A stretch of 64,000 nucleotides of DNA from an uncultured Chthonomonadaceae bacterium (GTDB lineage: Bacteria > Armatimonadota > Chthonomonadetes > Chthonomonadales > Chthonomonadaceae). Positions within the stretch are counted from its first letter, which is position 1, and the number at the start of each line of letters is the position of its first letter. Shown one piece after another: positions 42,601 through 53,547 of the stretch. Both the position numbers and the translations under genes were made by a program. The DNA lies in contig CAWFQB010000010.1 in NCBI GenBank assembly GCA_963817895.1, positions 64,001 through 128,000 on the forward strand, read 5' to 3'. A model generated the notes under the pieces. It did not search any database. It was given only the letters and a program-made list of their open reading frames with translations, and was not told the origin of the DNA.

Positions 42601-44197
42601 CGCCCTGTGCCGGGGCGACGAAATCAGGGGACAGGTGGAAACGTTCCGGCAATGGCTGGACATGGTGGCGCGTATTCTGGGCGAAGACCCGACGAGCGGG
42701 CAGGGCAATGAGAACGACATTCAATTAAGTGTGTCATTTGTGGACATGGAACAAACGGGCGAGGTTCCCGCCATCCGCCGACTACAGGGAACTTTGGTTC
42801 CTGTTATCGCGAATCGCGAACTGCTCAAAGAGGTTGTGCTGGACAGCCGTTCCACGCGGTTTGTCGCCTTTGATATTTCCGGCACGGGCATGACGTATGA
42901 AACCGGCGACCACGTTGCCATTTATCCGCACAACCCGCGTCCGCTTGTGGAACGATTGTGCGCCCGCCTGCAAATTGATCCCGACGCCTGGTTTGTCACC
43001 TCGCTGACGGACAGCAGGGGCGCGTCTGTGGAAGGCGACACGCCCTATTCCCAGCCCACGCGCGTCCGGCAGGCATTGACGGAAGATTTCGACCTGTCCC
43101 TGCGCGAACCCTTTGAGGAAATGTTCGCCCTTCTGCTGCAAACCACGCAAAACGACCGGGACAATGCCGCCCTGAAAGCCTGGAGCGATACCCTGCGTTT
43201 GGGCGAACAGAACGAAGCCTGCCGCGACCTGAAAAAGCATATCAGCGCGAATTTTATCACGCTGGCCGATTTGCTGGAAGCGTTTCCCTCCGCCGCGCCC
43301 CGTCTGGAACAACTGCTCGAACTGCTGCCCAAACAGAAGCCGCGCCTGTATTCCATTTCGTCGTGTTCGCTGCTGCATCCGCGGCAGATTCATGTCACCG
43401 TTGGCGTGGTGCAGGTAACGACGGAGGCGGGCCGAACGCGACAGGGGTTGTGTTCCAATTACCTTGCCGGACTGGACCCGGAGCAGGGCGCGACCGCCCG
43501 CATCGCCGTTCTCGCGTCCAATTTCCGCCCGCCGCAGGATGTGAGCGCGCCCATTCTGCTGGTCGGGCCGGGAACGGGGCTGTCACCCCTGATCGGCTTT
43601 TTGCAGCACCGCGAACTGCAGATTCAGCAGACACACAGGGCGCGGGCAGGCAATGGGCGCGACAGCGCGATCCCTGGAAACGGGTCGAGCGGAAACGCGG
43701 GAACCGATGAGGCGCGCGAGGAACCGGGCATTATCATCGGCCATTCCCGCCTGTATTTCGGCTGCCGCAACCACAGCGACTATTTGTATCAGCAGGAGTT
43801 GGAAGCCTGGCGGGATGGGGGCGTCCTGACCCATCTTGGCGTCGCCTTTTCGCGGTTGGGCGAACAGAAGATGTACGTGCAGCATCTCATCGGGCAGCAC
43901 GCCAAAGATGTCTGGCAAGTCCTGTCGCAGCCCAACTGCCACTACTATGTTTGCGGCGATGCCAAAATGGCGGATGATGTATTCGAGGCGCTGATGACTA
44001 TTGCCGGAACACAGGGCGGATTGTCCCATGCTGAAGCGGTTGAGTTCTTTCAGCAGATGCAGGCGGAAAACCGCTATGTGATGGACGTATGGGGGGTGCT
44101 GCTGAACTTCCCCAAAGCCCTCGCCGATGTGCAGGAGTCCCGGTATACGCAGGGCGAACGCTGGCTCAAGCGCGTGTCCGCAAACGCAGTCGCTTGA
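39667..44197 (+). CDS. nos: Multidomain nitric oxide synthase: N-terminal domain + two globin-like domains + NOS oxygenase + flavodoxin + FAD/NADPH reductase (syNOS-like); TAG at 41080-41082 and +1 shift near 41155
   Basis: Globin-like FFERLLHEAP and FYRTLFEMHPDVLPYF...LARVH; AWRNAAKCIARIAW, PFNGWFMGTEI, CPAQWSWVVPP; LYGSETGTAE; PRLYSISS, GLCSNYL; GPGTGLSP, LYFGCR, YVCGD, DVWG. Confidence 0.92.
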
Positions 44198-44249
44198 GCC
44201 GACTTGCGCATTTTGGCGACCTACGTTAGAATGGCTACAGGAGCAAGTT

Positions 44250-45065
44250 ATGCCTAATCCTTTTCCCGGAATGAACCCTTACCTGGAAACGCCCATGCGC
44301 TGGTCGAATATGCACGGGCGCTTGATTGCCGTTTTGATGGATGAACTGGATACGAAACTGCCGCCCGGATACAGCGTGAATATTGAAGAGCACTGTAGAG
44401 TAGCGCAAACGGAACGCGGCATCTACCCGGATTTGTACGTGAAACGCGATTTGCCCGAAATGCCTGCAACCGGCGGGGTGGCGGTCGCGTTGCCGCCGTA
44501 CCTTGCGACAAGCGAGGTTGCGGATAAGTCCTATATTGTCGCGCTCACGCCCGAAGCATCGCGCGAAACCTATATCAACATTGTGGACGTTGAAAACGGC
44601 AGTCGGGTCGTCGCCAGCATTGAGATACTGAGTACAATCAACAAGACTCCCGGCGCAGGACAAAATTTATACCTGACCAAGCAGCAGGAGGTGTTGAACA
44701 GTTCCACGCATCTCATTGAAATTGATCTATTACGGGCGGGAGCGGTAACGGTCGCTTGCGGACGTCCGGTTGTGCCGGAATCAGGCTATTACGATTACAT
44801 CGTTTGCCTGCATCGCGGCGGGGAAGGCGAACAATTTGAAATCTGGCCCTGTTCTGTTCGGCAGCGCCTGCCCCGCATTGCCGTGCCGCTGGCGGGTAAC
44901 GATCAGAATGTAACGCTGGATATACAGGCCGCCATAGACCGCTGCTACGAGCGCGGACGCTTCGCGCAGAAAATTGATTATACGCAGCCACCTAACCCAC
45001 CGCTTACAGAAGAAGATGCGCAATGGGCAGACGCCCTATTACGCGAGAAGGGATTACGCTCGTGA
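44250..45065 (+). CDS. DUF4058-family protein (paralogue of 38732-39560)
   Basis: MPNPFPGMNPYLE, SIEILSTINK, HLIEIDLLR, WADALLREKGLRS. Confidence 0.88.
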   Translation: MPNPFPGMNPYLETPMRWSNMHGRLIAVLMDELDTKLPPGYSVNIEEHCRVAQTERGIYPDLYVKRDLPEMPATGGVAVALPPYLATSEVADKSYIVALTPEASRETYINIVDVENGSRVVASIEILSTINKTPGAGQNLYLTKQQEVLNSSTHLIEIDLLRAGAVTVACGRPVVPESGYYDYIVCLHRGGEGEQFEIWPCSVRQRLPRIAVPLAGNDQNVTLDIQAAIDRCYERGRFAQKIDYTQPPNPPLTEEDAQWADALLREKGLRS

Positions 45066-45080
45066 TGGCGTAAGAACTCT

Positions 45081-45659
45081 ATGGAGGGTTGTATGCAACG
45101 TCTCGGTTTCAAGGAGAGTTGGGAGTTTTTGCGCGAAACCACAAACTTCGTTGACGATGATGCGGTCTTTCCCGATAAACTTACACCTGTCGGCTTTGAT
45201 GAACCGGAGGGATGGCTGAATATTTACAAGTATCCCGACATATCTGATAGTGAAGAAGAAGATCAGCCGGAGCAGCAAGAGGTCTGGAAATTAGAAAACC
45301 TTACCATGCCCTGCATATTTCTGTGCCGTTGCGGTGTCTATCGAATCTCTTTCAAAAACACGTTTCTGGCAGATTCAAGTTGCTGCTGGAATGGCTTCAT
45401 AGACGTAGATTTCACCGACGCTGATTTATCCCGCTGTGACTTGCGCAGTTCCGAATTCGAGAATGTTGTTTTTGTTCGCGCCGATCTGACGGATGCCGAT
45501 CTGCGCTATTCGTCATTTAACCACTGCGATTTTTCAGGAGCGCAGATGCGCGGCGTAAAGCTAACGCGCTTACAGGCTAAAGAGTTAATTTTATCTGAGG
45601 AACAATGCGCTGCTATAGCATGGCAGCACAACGGCGGCCGACCTCCCAAAGGCGGGTAA
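45081..45659 (+). CDS. Pentapeptide-repeat protein
   Basis: ADLSR-CDLRS-SEFEN-VVFVR-ADLTD-ADLRY. Confidence 0.8.
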   Translation: MEGCMQRLGFKESWEFLRETTNFVDDDAVFPDKLTPVGFDEPEGWLNIYKYPDISDSEEEDQPEQQEVWKLENLTMPCIFLCRCGVYRISFKNTFLADSSCCWNGFIDVDFTDADLSRCDLRSSEFENVVFVRADLTDADLRYSSFNHCDFSGAQMRGVKLTRLQAKELILSEEQCAAIAWQHNGGRPPKGG

Positions 45660-45756
45660 AACATGTCCGACAAAGAACAGTTTTCTTTGTCGGCATTTTT
45701 GTGCCTGCCGAACGTAGTACAACAAGAACATTCTTACAGCGGGAGCGGCAACGGAT

Positions 45757-46821
45757 ATGGGCAGGAATATAGCGATCATTGGAGCGGGCATGGCGGGGTT
45801 GGCGGCGGCGCGAGAACTGACGACGGCAGGGCATAGCATCACCCTTTACGAGAAAAGCCGGGGAGTGGGCGGGCGCGTAGCGACGCGGCGCATTGAGGGC
45901 TGCATCATGGATCACGGGGCGCAGAACATTAAGCCGGAGGGTTCCGCGCTGAAACAGGTGATGCTACATGAACTGCCGACCGAAGAACTGATTAAAATTG
46001 AACCGCCCGTTTGCCTGTACGACAGCAAGGGGACGATCTGGCCGCCCGATGAAGCAAGGAGCGCCGAGGCGAAATATTCCTACCGTAACGGCATGACCAC
46101 GCTTCCCAAACTGCTTCTCAACGCCCTGCCGCCCGAACTCGCGTCTATCCGCTACGAAACGCGCATTTTCCGATTGGAAGAAACCGACAGCGAAGTGATT
46201 CTGAAAGATGAGAACGGACAGGAAGCGGGCAGGGCGGAAATTGTGATTGTCACCGCGCCCGCCCCGCAAGCCGCCGACCTGTTGGGCGACAGCGCCCCCC
46301 GGATGCGCAGTACGTGGGAAACGCTGGATCGGGTGAAAGCGTTGCGGCAGGTGGACTATCATCGCAACATCACGGTTCTGCTCGGCTACGCCCCGCCCGT
46401 TCCCCCGCCGCCCGCGTATGCCCTGCTTGCCGAGGATCGAACCACAGACCTGCTCTGGCTAGCTTTTGAACAAACAAAGTGTTCCGAACGCGCTCCCAAT
46501 GGCGAGGCTGTGTTAATCGCGCAGATGAGTCCCAAATTCAGCAGTTTCTTTTATGATGGCGAAGATAATTTTCTTACGTGGCGCGTTCTGGACGAACTGC
46601 AAACCCTGTTCGGCAGCGCGTATGCTACGCCGTTCTGGTCACAGGTGAAACGCTGGAAGTTCGCGCAACCGCACGGCATGGTGCGCTTCGAGGAGGTAAA
46701 CTTTTCGGGCATGGCCTCGTCCGTCCTCATCTGCGGCGACGGACTGCGGCCAGAAGGCGGGCGCGTCCACCAGGCCTACGCAAGCGGACTGGAAGCGGCA
46801 CAGTTGGCAGCACAACTGTAA
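45757..46821 (+). CDS. Renalase-like FAD-dependent oxidoreductase
   Basis: GAGMAGL, EKSRGVGGRVATRR, DHGAQ, RWKFAQP, CGDG. Confidence 0.88.
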   Translation: MGRNIAIIGAGMAGLAAARELTTAGHSITLYEKSRGVGGRVATRRIEGCIMDHGAQNIKPEGSALKQVMLHELPTEELIKIEPPVCLYDSKGTIWPPDEARSAEAKYSYRNGMTTLPKLLLNALPPELASIRYETRIFRLEETDSEVILKDENGQEAGRAEIVIVTAPAPQAADLLGDSAPRMRSTWETLDRVKALRQVDYHRNITVLLGYAPPVPPPPAYALLAEDRTTDLLWLAFEQTKCSERAPNGEAVLIAQMSPKFSSFFYDGEDNFLTWRVLDELQTLFGSAYATPFWSQVKRWKFAQPHGMVRFEEVNFSGMASSVLICGDGLRPEGGRVHQAYASGLEAAQLAAQL

Positions 46822-46827
46822 CACCAA

Positions 46828-46999
46828 GGAGAGGAGATTACACCACCAAGTCACCAAGTACACCAAGAAAACAAATGCAAAGAAGTGTAAGAAGCAGGGA
46901 ACAAAGCAAAAACGGCGCATAAATATGCTTGCAATGCTCTCCTTTTGTCCTTGTAATCTCTTGGTGTACTTGGTGACTTGGTGGTGTAATCTCCTCTCC
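46828..46999. repeat. Perfect 41-bp inverted repeat built from CACCAAG units
   Basis: 46828-46868 is the exact reverse complement of 46959-46999. Confidence 0.9.
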
Positions 47000-47019
47000 G
47001 AGTTCTTCGTGGTTTTATT

Positions 47020-47961
47020 CTATGGCTGATCGGCGTAGATGGAGTAGGTGGGCGTGGACAGGTAGCGTTCGCCGGTCGAGGGGATGATGACCACGATCAG
47101 TTTGCCCTCATTCTCGTCGCGGTTGGCGACTTGCAGCGCGGCCCACACCGCCGCGCCGGACGAGATACCCGCGAAAATGCCCTCTTCTTTCGCTAATCGC
47201 CGCGCGTAGTCCATGGAGTCGCTGTTGGCAACCTGAATGATCTCGTCGTAGATGTGCGTGTTCAGGTTGTTGGGAATGAAGCCCGCGCCGATGCCCTGAA
47301 TGGGATGCTGTCCGCGCGGCTTGCCGCTCAACACGGCGGACGCGGCGGGTTCTACCGCGACTACCTTAAAACTCGGTTTACGCGCCTTGATGACTTCGCC
47401 CACGCCCGTAATCGTGCCGCCCGTTCCCACGCCCGCCACCAGAATATCTACCTGCCCATCCGTGTCGCGCCAGATTTCTTCGGCTGTGGTTTTGCGGTGG
47501 ATTTCGGGATTGGCGGGATTGTTGAACTGCTGCGGAATGTAGTATTTGCCGGGCGTTTCTTCGGCCATTTCTTCGGCCCTGCGAATCGCGCCCTGCATCC
47601 CCTCGGGGCCGGGTGTCAGAATCAGATTCGCGCCAAGCGCGCGCAGCATCGCGCGGCGCTCGTGCGACATGGTTTCCGGCATCAGGAGGGTACACTTATA
47701 GCCTTTGGCGGCGCAGGCGAACGCCAGCCCGATACCCGTATTGCCGCTTGTCGGCTCCAGTACGGTAATATCCGGCGTTAAAAGCCCGTCCCGCTCCGCC
47801 GCCTCAATCATGGCGACGCCGATACGGTCTTTCACGCTCGATAGCGGATTGAAATATTCCAGTTTACACGCAATCCGCGCCTTCGCCCCGGCAGACACCC
47901 GGTTCAAGTACACAAGCGGCGTATTTCCAATCAATTCAGTTACGTTGTTTGCGATACGCAT
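47020..47961 (-). CDS. cysK: Cysteine synthase A
   Basis: [36 protein letters not shown]. Confidence 0.97.
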   Translation of the reverse strand: MRIANNVTELIGNTPLVYLNRVSAGAKARIACKLEYFNPLSSVKDRIGVAMIEAAERDGLLTPDITVLEPTSGNTGIGLAFACAAKGYKCTLLMPETMSHERRAMLRALGANLILTPGPEGMQGAIRRAEEMAEETPGKYYIPQQFNNPANPEIHRKTTAEEIWRDTDGQVDILVAGVGTGGTITGVGEVIKARKPSFKVVAVEPAASAVLSGKPRGQHPIQGIGAGFIPNNLNTHIYDEIIQVANSDSMDYARRLAKEEGIFAGISSGAAVWAALQVANRDENEGKLIVVIIPSTGERYLSTPTYSIYADQP

Positions 47962-47973
47962 GGAAGGCTCCGA

Positions 47974-48079
47974 GAGGTAGATAGGTAGGTCGGTAGATGA
48001 GTAGTCGTCTGTTTGTGTACGTTGGGTCAGCCTGAATGAAGAGGCATTTCTACTATCTACTTACCTACCTATCTACCTC
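47974..48079. repeat. Inverted array (AGGTAGAT / ATCTACCT type)
   Basis: gaggtagataggtaggt ... acctacctatctacctc. Confidence 0.75.
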
Positions 48080-48080
48080 C

Positions 48081-48536
48081 TTAAATTCCTGACATCATAC
48101 TCAGTGAATCATCAATACCGGTTTTGCGGTGGACAAGGTCGGAAAGGGTAGTGGAGTCCAGATGGCGGGAAAGCAGGGTTTCTACCTGCTCCTCGAATTC
48201 GCGCACGACCCAGGTTACGCCGGGGGCGTTGACATCGGGGTTTTCGTCCTCGTTGTGGCAGGAGAACAGGCGGTCTCCGCGCATCAGGGCGCGAACAATG
48301 TCGCCCACGCTGATACGGTCGGGCGCGCGAGCCAGATTGTAGCCACCGCCCGCGCCCCGAACGCTGCGCACGATGCCCGCGCTTTTCAGCGCGGCGAGTA
48401 TCTGATCCAGATAGGGGCCGGGAATCTCCTGCCGGGCCGCGATTTCGCGGCTCTGGCAGGCGCAGGCAGGCGGCTGCATCGCCAGGTCTACGGCGGCGCA
48501 CAGCGCATAGCGCAATTTTGAGTTGAAAAATCCCAT
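48081..48536 (-). CDS. Rrf2-family transcriptional regulator (CymR-like)
   Basis: RYAL, YLDQIL, SVRGAGGGY; directly upstream of cysK. Confidence 0.9.
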   Translation of the reverse strand: MGFFNSKLRYALCAAVDLAMQPPACACQSREIAARQEIPGPYLDQILAALKSAGIVRSVRGAGGGYNLARAPDRISVGDIVRALMRGDRLFSCHNEDENPDVNAPGVTWVVREFEEQVETLLSRHLDSTTLSDLVHRKTGIDDSLSMMSGI

Positions 48537-48599
48537 GCCGCCTGAACTTCCCGCTTCGGAGATGTCGCCATACCCGTACTCAGATGGGCATAGAAACGG

Positions 48600-48659
48600 A
48601 TAAACTTGACCTTTTAAGTAGGCTTAATTCAGTATACTTGGAAGGGGCGGGAATGTCAA
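48600..48659 (-). promoter_or_regulatory. Sigma70 promoter with a putative Rrf2 operator downstream
   Basis: TTGACA-17 nt-TATACT (48659-48631); imperfect palindrome TAAACTTGACCTTTTAAGTAGGCTTA resembling IscR/CymR boxes. Confidence 0.7.
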
Positions 48660-48740
48660 ATAACGGCAACATGCCGCGAGGCGCAGCCATCGCGGCGTGT
48701 CGGTTCCCAACATTCGTTTTCAAACACTGAGATACGAAAA

Positions 48741-48923
48741 TTACTCGGCGTATTCGGAAATGTCGTTGCTGCTCATCAGGTTGATGCTCTGCGTGGCGGC
48801 GGCGAGTTTGACGGTCAGGGTGGAACCGTCCTCGAAATCAATGTCGAGTTCCGTTTCGCGCTGCCGAACGCTGTCCACTTTGCGGCCCGCCAGCAGTTTC
48901 GTGAGTTTCTGATTGGTTGCCAT
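48741..48923 (-). CDS. Small hypothetical protein (60 aa)
   Basis: GAGGA RBS; MATNQKLTKLLAGRKV...IDFEDGSTLTVKL. Confidence 0.6.
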   Translation of the reverse strand: MATNQKLTKLLAGRKVDSVRQRETELDIDFEDGSTLTVKLAAATQSINLMSSNDISEYAE

Positions 48924-49158
48924 GCTGTCCTCGTTTCTCTGCGTCCTGCGCAGGGTTGGGTTTCCGGTAGATAAAGACGGCGCATTTTCCGAACGCCAAT
49001 CTGTCCGCGTCAGGATTTCGGGCGCGCTGCCCCTTCTATTCTCCGCGTCCTGCGCATATTCCTGCCGCAATTGCCGGTTTGCCGGAACGTTTTACGACTG
49101 CAAACGGGTAATTGACTGCCAGGGAACCTTCCGCTTTATGCCGCGTATGCCCGCCGCC

Positions 49159-49187
49159 TTGACATTGCCCCGTTCGCCGTCTATAAT
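49159..49187 (+). promoter_or_regulatory. Consensus sigma70 promoter of secDF
   Basis: TTGACA-17 nt-TATAAT. Confidence 0.85.
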
Positions 49188-49209
49188 GTAGGGAATACTT
49201 TTGAATTTT

Positions 49210-49300
49210 TGGGAGTAGGGGGTAGGGAGTGGGGTGTAGGGTCATGCCATGAAATACTGGCAGTTCTCCTACTCCCTGCTCTCCACTCCCTACTCTCTCC
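49210..49300. repeat. Inverted heptamer array GGGAGT[A/G] / CTACTCC in the secDF leader
   Basis: gggagtagggggtagggagtgggg ... cctactccctgctctccactccctactc. Confidence 0.75.
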
Positions 49301-49321
49301 CCTGAATACCGGAGGTTCGTT

Positions 49322-51992
49322 TTGACTGGCAAGCAGAATCGCTGGATGCTTCTGTTCATCCTCGCCCTGACCGCGCTCGCGGCGACAATCACATTCCGTA
49401 ATAGCCTGCCTGGATTTGGCGCTATTCCCTTTCGCACCGGTTTGGACATTCAGGGCGGCGCGCGAGTCGTGCTGCGCGCTAAAACCGAGGCCTTCAAGGG
49501 CAAATGGAACCCGGATTCCAATTTGGAAGCCGTGCGTAAGGTGCTGGAAAACCGCGTCAACGCGACGGGTGTCGCGGAACCGCAGATCATTACCAAAAAG
49601 CCCGACCAGATCATCATCGAGCTTCCCGGCCTGAAAAACGAGGGGGATGTTCGCAGCGTCCCTGCAATCTACGGCCAGCCTGCAATTCTATCTGTTGCCG
49701 CAACTTGGCGACAAAGACGGGCGTTTGCCCGCCAAATGGCGCGTTGCCCAGGTCAAAAACCCGAAAACCGGCGTGGAAGAAGAGACGCTTGTTTTCGCGC
49801 AAAACAACCTGCCGGTTCCTATCGAGATTTTGCGGGAAGAGGTTTTTAACCAGAATCCGATAGCCGCCGGGGGCGATCTTGCCGCCAGCAGCGCACAGCC
49901 TAACCCCACAACCGGCGAGGCCATCATTAACTTTGAACTCAAGGGTGAGGGTAAAGACCGGTTTCAGGAGGTGACGCGCAGCAACATCGGCAAGCATCTC
50001 GCCATTTTTCTGGATCAAAAATTGCTGACCGCCCCGGTCATCAACAGCATGATTCCGGGCAAGGGCGAAATTGAAGGCAGTTTCACGCTCGAATCCGCCA
50101 AAGCGCTTTCCGACCAACTGAACGCGGGCGCACTCCCCGTGCCGCTTGAAGAGGTGGAAGTCCGCAAACTGGAAGCCACGCTTGGGCAGGAAGCGGTTCA
50201 CACCACGTTTACCGCCGGTATTGTCGGGCTGGCCCTCGTTCTTGTCTTTATGCTGTTCTGGTATCGTCTGCCCGGTCTGCTCGCCAACTTCGCGCTCATT
50301 CTGTACGCGCTGTTTTCGCTTGCGCTGTTCAAAGTGTGGCCGATTACGCTCACGCTGCCGGGTATCGCCGGATTTATTCTGTCCATTGGAATGGCGGTTG
50401 ACGCCAATATCTTGATTTTCGAGCGGTTCAAGGAAGAGTTGCGCAGCGGCAAAAACCTGCGTTCCGCCATTGACGCCGGGTTCAAGCGCGCGTTCACGGC
50501 CATTTTCGACAGCAACGTGTGTACCATCGTGACGTGCGGAATTCTGTATGAATTTGGAACCGGGCCGATACGCGGCTTTGCCCTGACGTTGGGGTTGGGC
50601 GTCGTGGTCAGCATGTTTACCGCCATCGCGGTCACGCGCACGTTCCTGTTCGCGCTCGTGAATACAAATCTTGGCGCGAACCCCGGCGTGTTCGGTGTGG
50701 CGGACGAGGCGCATATCCGGCAGTGGAACGTGATGAAGCACAAATGGCGCTGGCTCGGCATTTCGCTGGCGATCATCATTCCCGGTCTTATCGCGTGGGG
50801 AATGGGCGGCATCAAGCAGAGCATTGACTTCACGGGCGGCACGGAACAGCAGATCGCGTTCGCGTCCCGGCACTCCCCCGATGAGATCAGCAAAGTCGTT
50901 AGTTCGCTGGGCAGCAAGTTCAAGGACAACCACGTTGTCATTTCGGAAGACCCCAAGCAGTTATTCCCGCATCAGGCGACAGTGACGACCGAACGATTGG
51001 AAGAGCCGGATCGCCTGAACCTGCTCAATACATTAGTACGGCAAGTCGGGCCGCTGGACAAAGTAAACGGCAAACCGCTTGCCGTAACCGACGTGCCGTT
51101 TTCCAATGTCAGCGGAACCATCAGCAAGGAACTGACCGTCAACGCTATCGAGGCCGTGATACTCGCGTCCGTGTTCATCGTCCTGTACCTCGCCCTGCGC
51201 TTCTCCATCGGCGGGTTCAAGGAGGGTTTGAAGTACGGAAGTTGCGCGGTTATCGCGCTGTTGCACGACGTTCTTGTCCTGTGGGGATCGTTCGCCATCA
51301 TGGGCAAGCTGTTTGGCTGGCAGATTGACAGCCTGTTCGTGACGGCGATGCTGACGGTCATTGGATTTTCCGTGCATGACACCATCATCGTATTCGACCG
51401 GGTACGCGAAAACCTGCACCATCGGGGAGTGGGCGAATCGTTCTCCGACCTGACCGACCGCAGCATTGACCAGACCATTGGGCGCAGCATCAAAACGTCG
51501 TGGACGGTTGTAATGACCCTGCTGGCCCTGTTCCTGTTCGGCGGCGTAGTAATTCACCAGTTCGCGGGCGCCCTCCTTATTGGCATCGTCAGCGGAACGT
51601 ATTCGTCCATCTTCAACGCAAGCGTCCTGCTGGTCATGGCGAAAAGCAAAGACATTGCGCCCATCGTGGCCGGCCCGTCTTCGGGAACGCCCAACCGCCG
51701 CGCGCCTGAAACCCTTCAGGAACGGGCGCGACGAGGCGCGCTGGAAGAGCGCAACATCACTCCCGTTGGCGCAATTCCCGCCCCCACGCCCGCCACGCGC
51801 CCGCAAATCGCCGCGCCCACTAATGGTGGCGCAACGGCCTACACCAACAATGAAAGCGTGTCGCAGGCCGAAGACGACGACGTGGAAGAAACAGAAGCAG
51901 GGGAAGTCCGTGGAACCACACGCCGCGCCTCTGAACCTCGTCCGACGCCTGCAACAGTACGCAAGCAGCCGACGCGAAGACGCAGGATGTAG
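49322..51992 (+). CDS. secDF: Fused protein translocase subunit SecDF; frameshift near 49645
   Basis: GLDIQGG, GALPVP, GMAVDANILIFER, IDFTGG, GFSVHDTIIVFDRVRE, GTYSS. Confidence 0.93.
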
Positions 51993-52097
51993 GTTGTTAG
52001 GTCTTTGGGATATTAGGCTAAAGATGTTTCAGAATAGATGTTGAACTTCTAACGGTACAAGAACCTAACAACCTAACAACCTAACAACTAACAACTT
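51990..52097. repeat. Inverted array TAGGTTGT / ACAACCTA
   Basis: Begins with the secDF TAG. Confidence 0.75.
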
Positions 52098-52120
52098 CTA
52101 ACAGGGAGACTCTACTTATA

Positions 52121-53431
52121 ATGCGCGGTAATGATGGACGGGCGGAAAATACTTTGGGCGCTGCATGGCGTTTTCTGCTGCGTCTGGTGGTGATTGGGTT
52201 GACGCTGTACGCTTGCTATCGCCTGCGCAACATCATTACCACCGTTTTCATTGCCGCCATTATCGCGTATACGCTCAATCCGCTCGTGGACTGGCTGTGC
52301 CGCCAGGACAGTTTTGTACGGGTGCATCAGATGATTACCCGCATGGGCGCGCAGGTGCAAATTGCTTATCGCCGCTCCATTCATCAGCAATTGGTTACGC
52401 CTACAGGCCGCGTCCGCATCCATCGGCATGTGCTGCGGGTGTACGCCACGCTGTATGTGTTCGTCCTATCGGTGTTCGTGCTGTGGTGGGGAACCCGGCT
52501 GATTGTGACGCCGTTCGTATCCGAAATCAAGATCGCCACCAGTCCGGCGAAGGTTCAGGAAATCACGGACAGGATCAATGACAGGCTGGATCAGTACGAC
52601 GAAGATGCCCCGGACTGGCGCAGTTCCGACAAAATCCGTGAGCAAATCAAAAAAATTGATTTTTCTAAAGTGGCGCAGGGCGTGTTTGCCGAGTTGGGAC
52701 AGAAGGCGCTCGACAGCGCCAAAAACATTGTGGAAATAGTCGTGCTGCCCGTTCTCGCCTTTTACTTTCTAATTGATGGGCGCAAACTTAAACACGAATT
52801 TGTCGCTCTGATGCCGCGCCGCCACTTGCGCGAAACTGTGCGGATGGTGAACGAGTTCAACCGCATCATGCGTGACTTTGTGGTGGGGCAGGTGATTTTG
52901 TGCGCCCTTGCCGGCGTGGTCGTGGGCGTGGGATTGGCCGCGCTCCGTGTACAGTACCCGTTTGTTATGGGTGTGCTGGCGGGAATCACGCGCGCCATAC
53001 CCATCATCGGCCCGATTATCGGCGGTATTCCGATTGTGATTTTGACGCTGGTGAGCAAAGGGCCGGGAACCGCGCTGGCCGTGTTGGGATTTTTTACGCT
53101 GCTGCATCTGGTGGAAAGCAAGTTCATCATGCCGAAGTTGATTGGCGACCGCATGGAACTGCATCCCGTGATTATCATTGTGGTGCTGATTGCGGGGGGA
53201 GAGATCGGCGGCGTGTTGATCGGCGGCACGATTGGCAGCCTGCTGGGAATGTTCTTTGCCGCCCCGCTCGCCTCCATTATCCGCGTGATGATACGACGCT
53301 ACTGGCTCGGAATGAGGCGGGCGTCTAATCATCCGTTCCTCGAGTCGGATGCTCCTCAACCTGCGCTTTTGGGCCTGCCTCGCGCGGAATCGTTTGTGGA
53401 AGCCCTCCCTGCCACTAAACCTTTGAAATAA
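52121..53431 (+). CDS. AI-2E family transporter
   Basis: AYTLNPLV, FYFLIDG, IPIIGP, PKLIGDRMELHP. Confidence 0.88.
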   Translation: MRGNDGRAENTLGAAWRFLLRLVVIGLTLYACYRLRNIITTVFIAAIIAYTLNPLVDWLCRQDSFVRVHQMITRMGAQVQIAYRRSIHQQLVTPTGRVRIHRHVLRVYATLYVFVLSVFVLWWGTRLIVTPFVSEIKIATSPAKVQEITDRINDRLDQYDEDAPDWRSSDKIREQIKKIDFSKVAQGVFAELGQKALDSAKNIVEIVVLPVLAFYFLIDGRKLKHEFVALMPRRHLRETVRMVNEFNRIMRDFVVGQVILCALAGVVVGVGLAALRVQYPFVMGVLAGITRAIPIIGPIIGGIPIVILTLVSKGPGTALAVLGFFTLLHLVESKFIMPKLIGDRMELHPVIIIVVLIAGGEIGGVLIGGTIGSLLGMFFAAPLASIIRVMIRRYWLGMRRASNHPFLESDAPQPALLGLPRAESFVEALPATKPLK

Positions 53432-53547
53432 ATTTGTTCGCGCGGGCAGCAAATTCGTCAAAATTTTGTTGTTTCTTGCGAATCGTGCTATAATAGCATG
53501 TCAAAGACGGTAAAAGCGAAAAATAGTTTTACCTGATGGGTGTTTTC

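Noticed and set aside
48081..48536. Rrf2 regulator as an NO sensor (NsrR) linked to the NOS
   Set aside because: It lacks the C-terminal three-Cys cluster pattern and sits directly upstream of cysK, which fits a CymR-like role.
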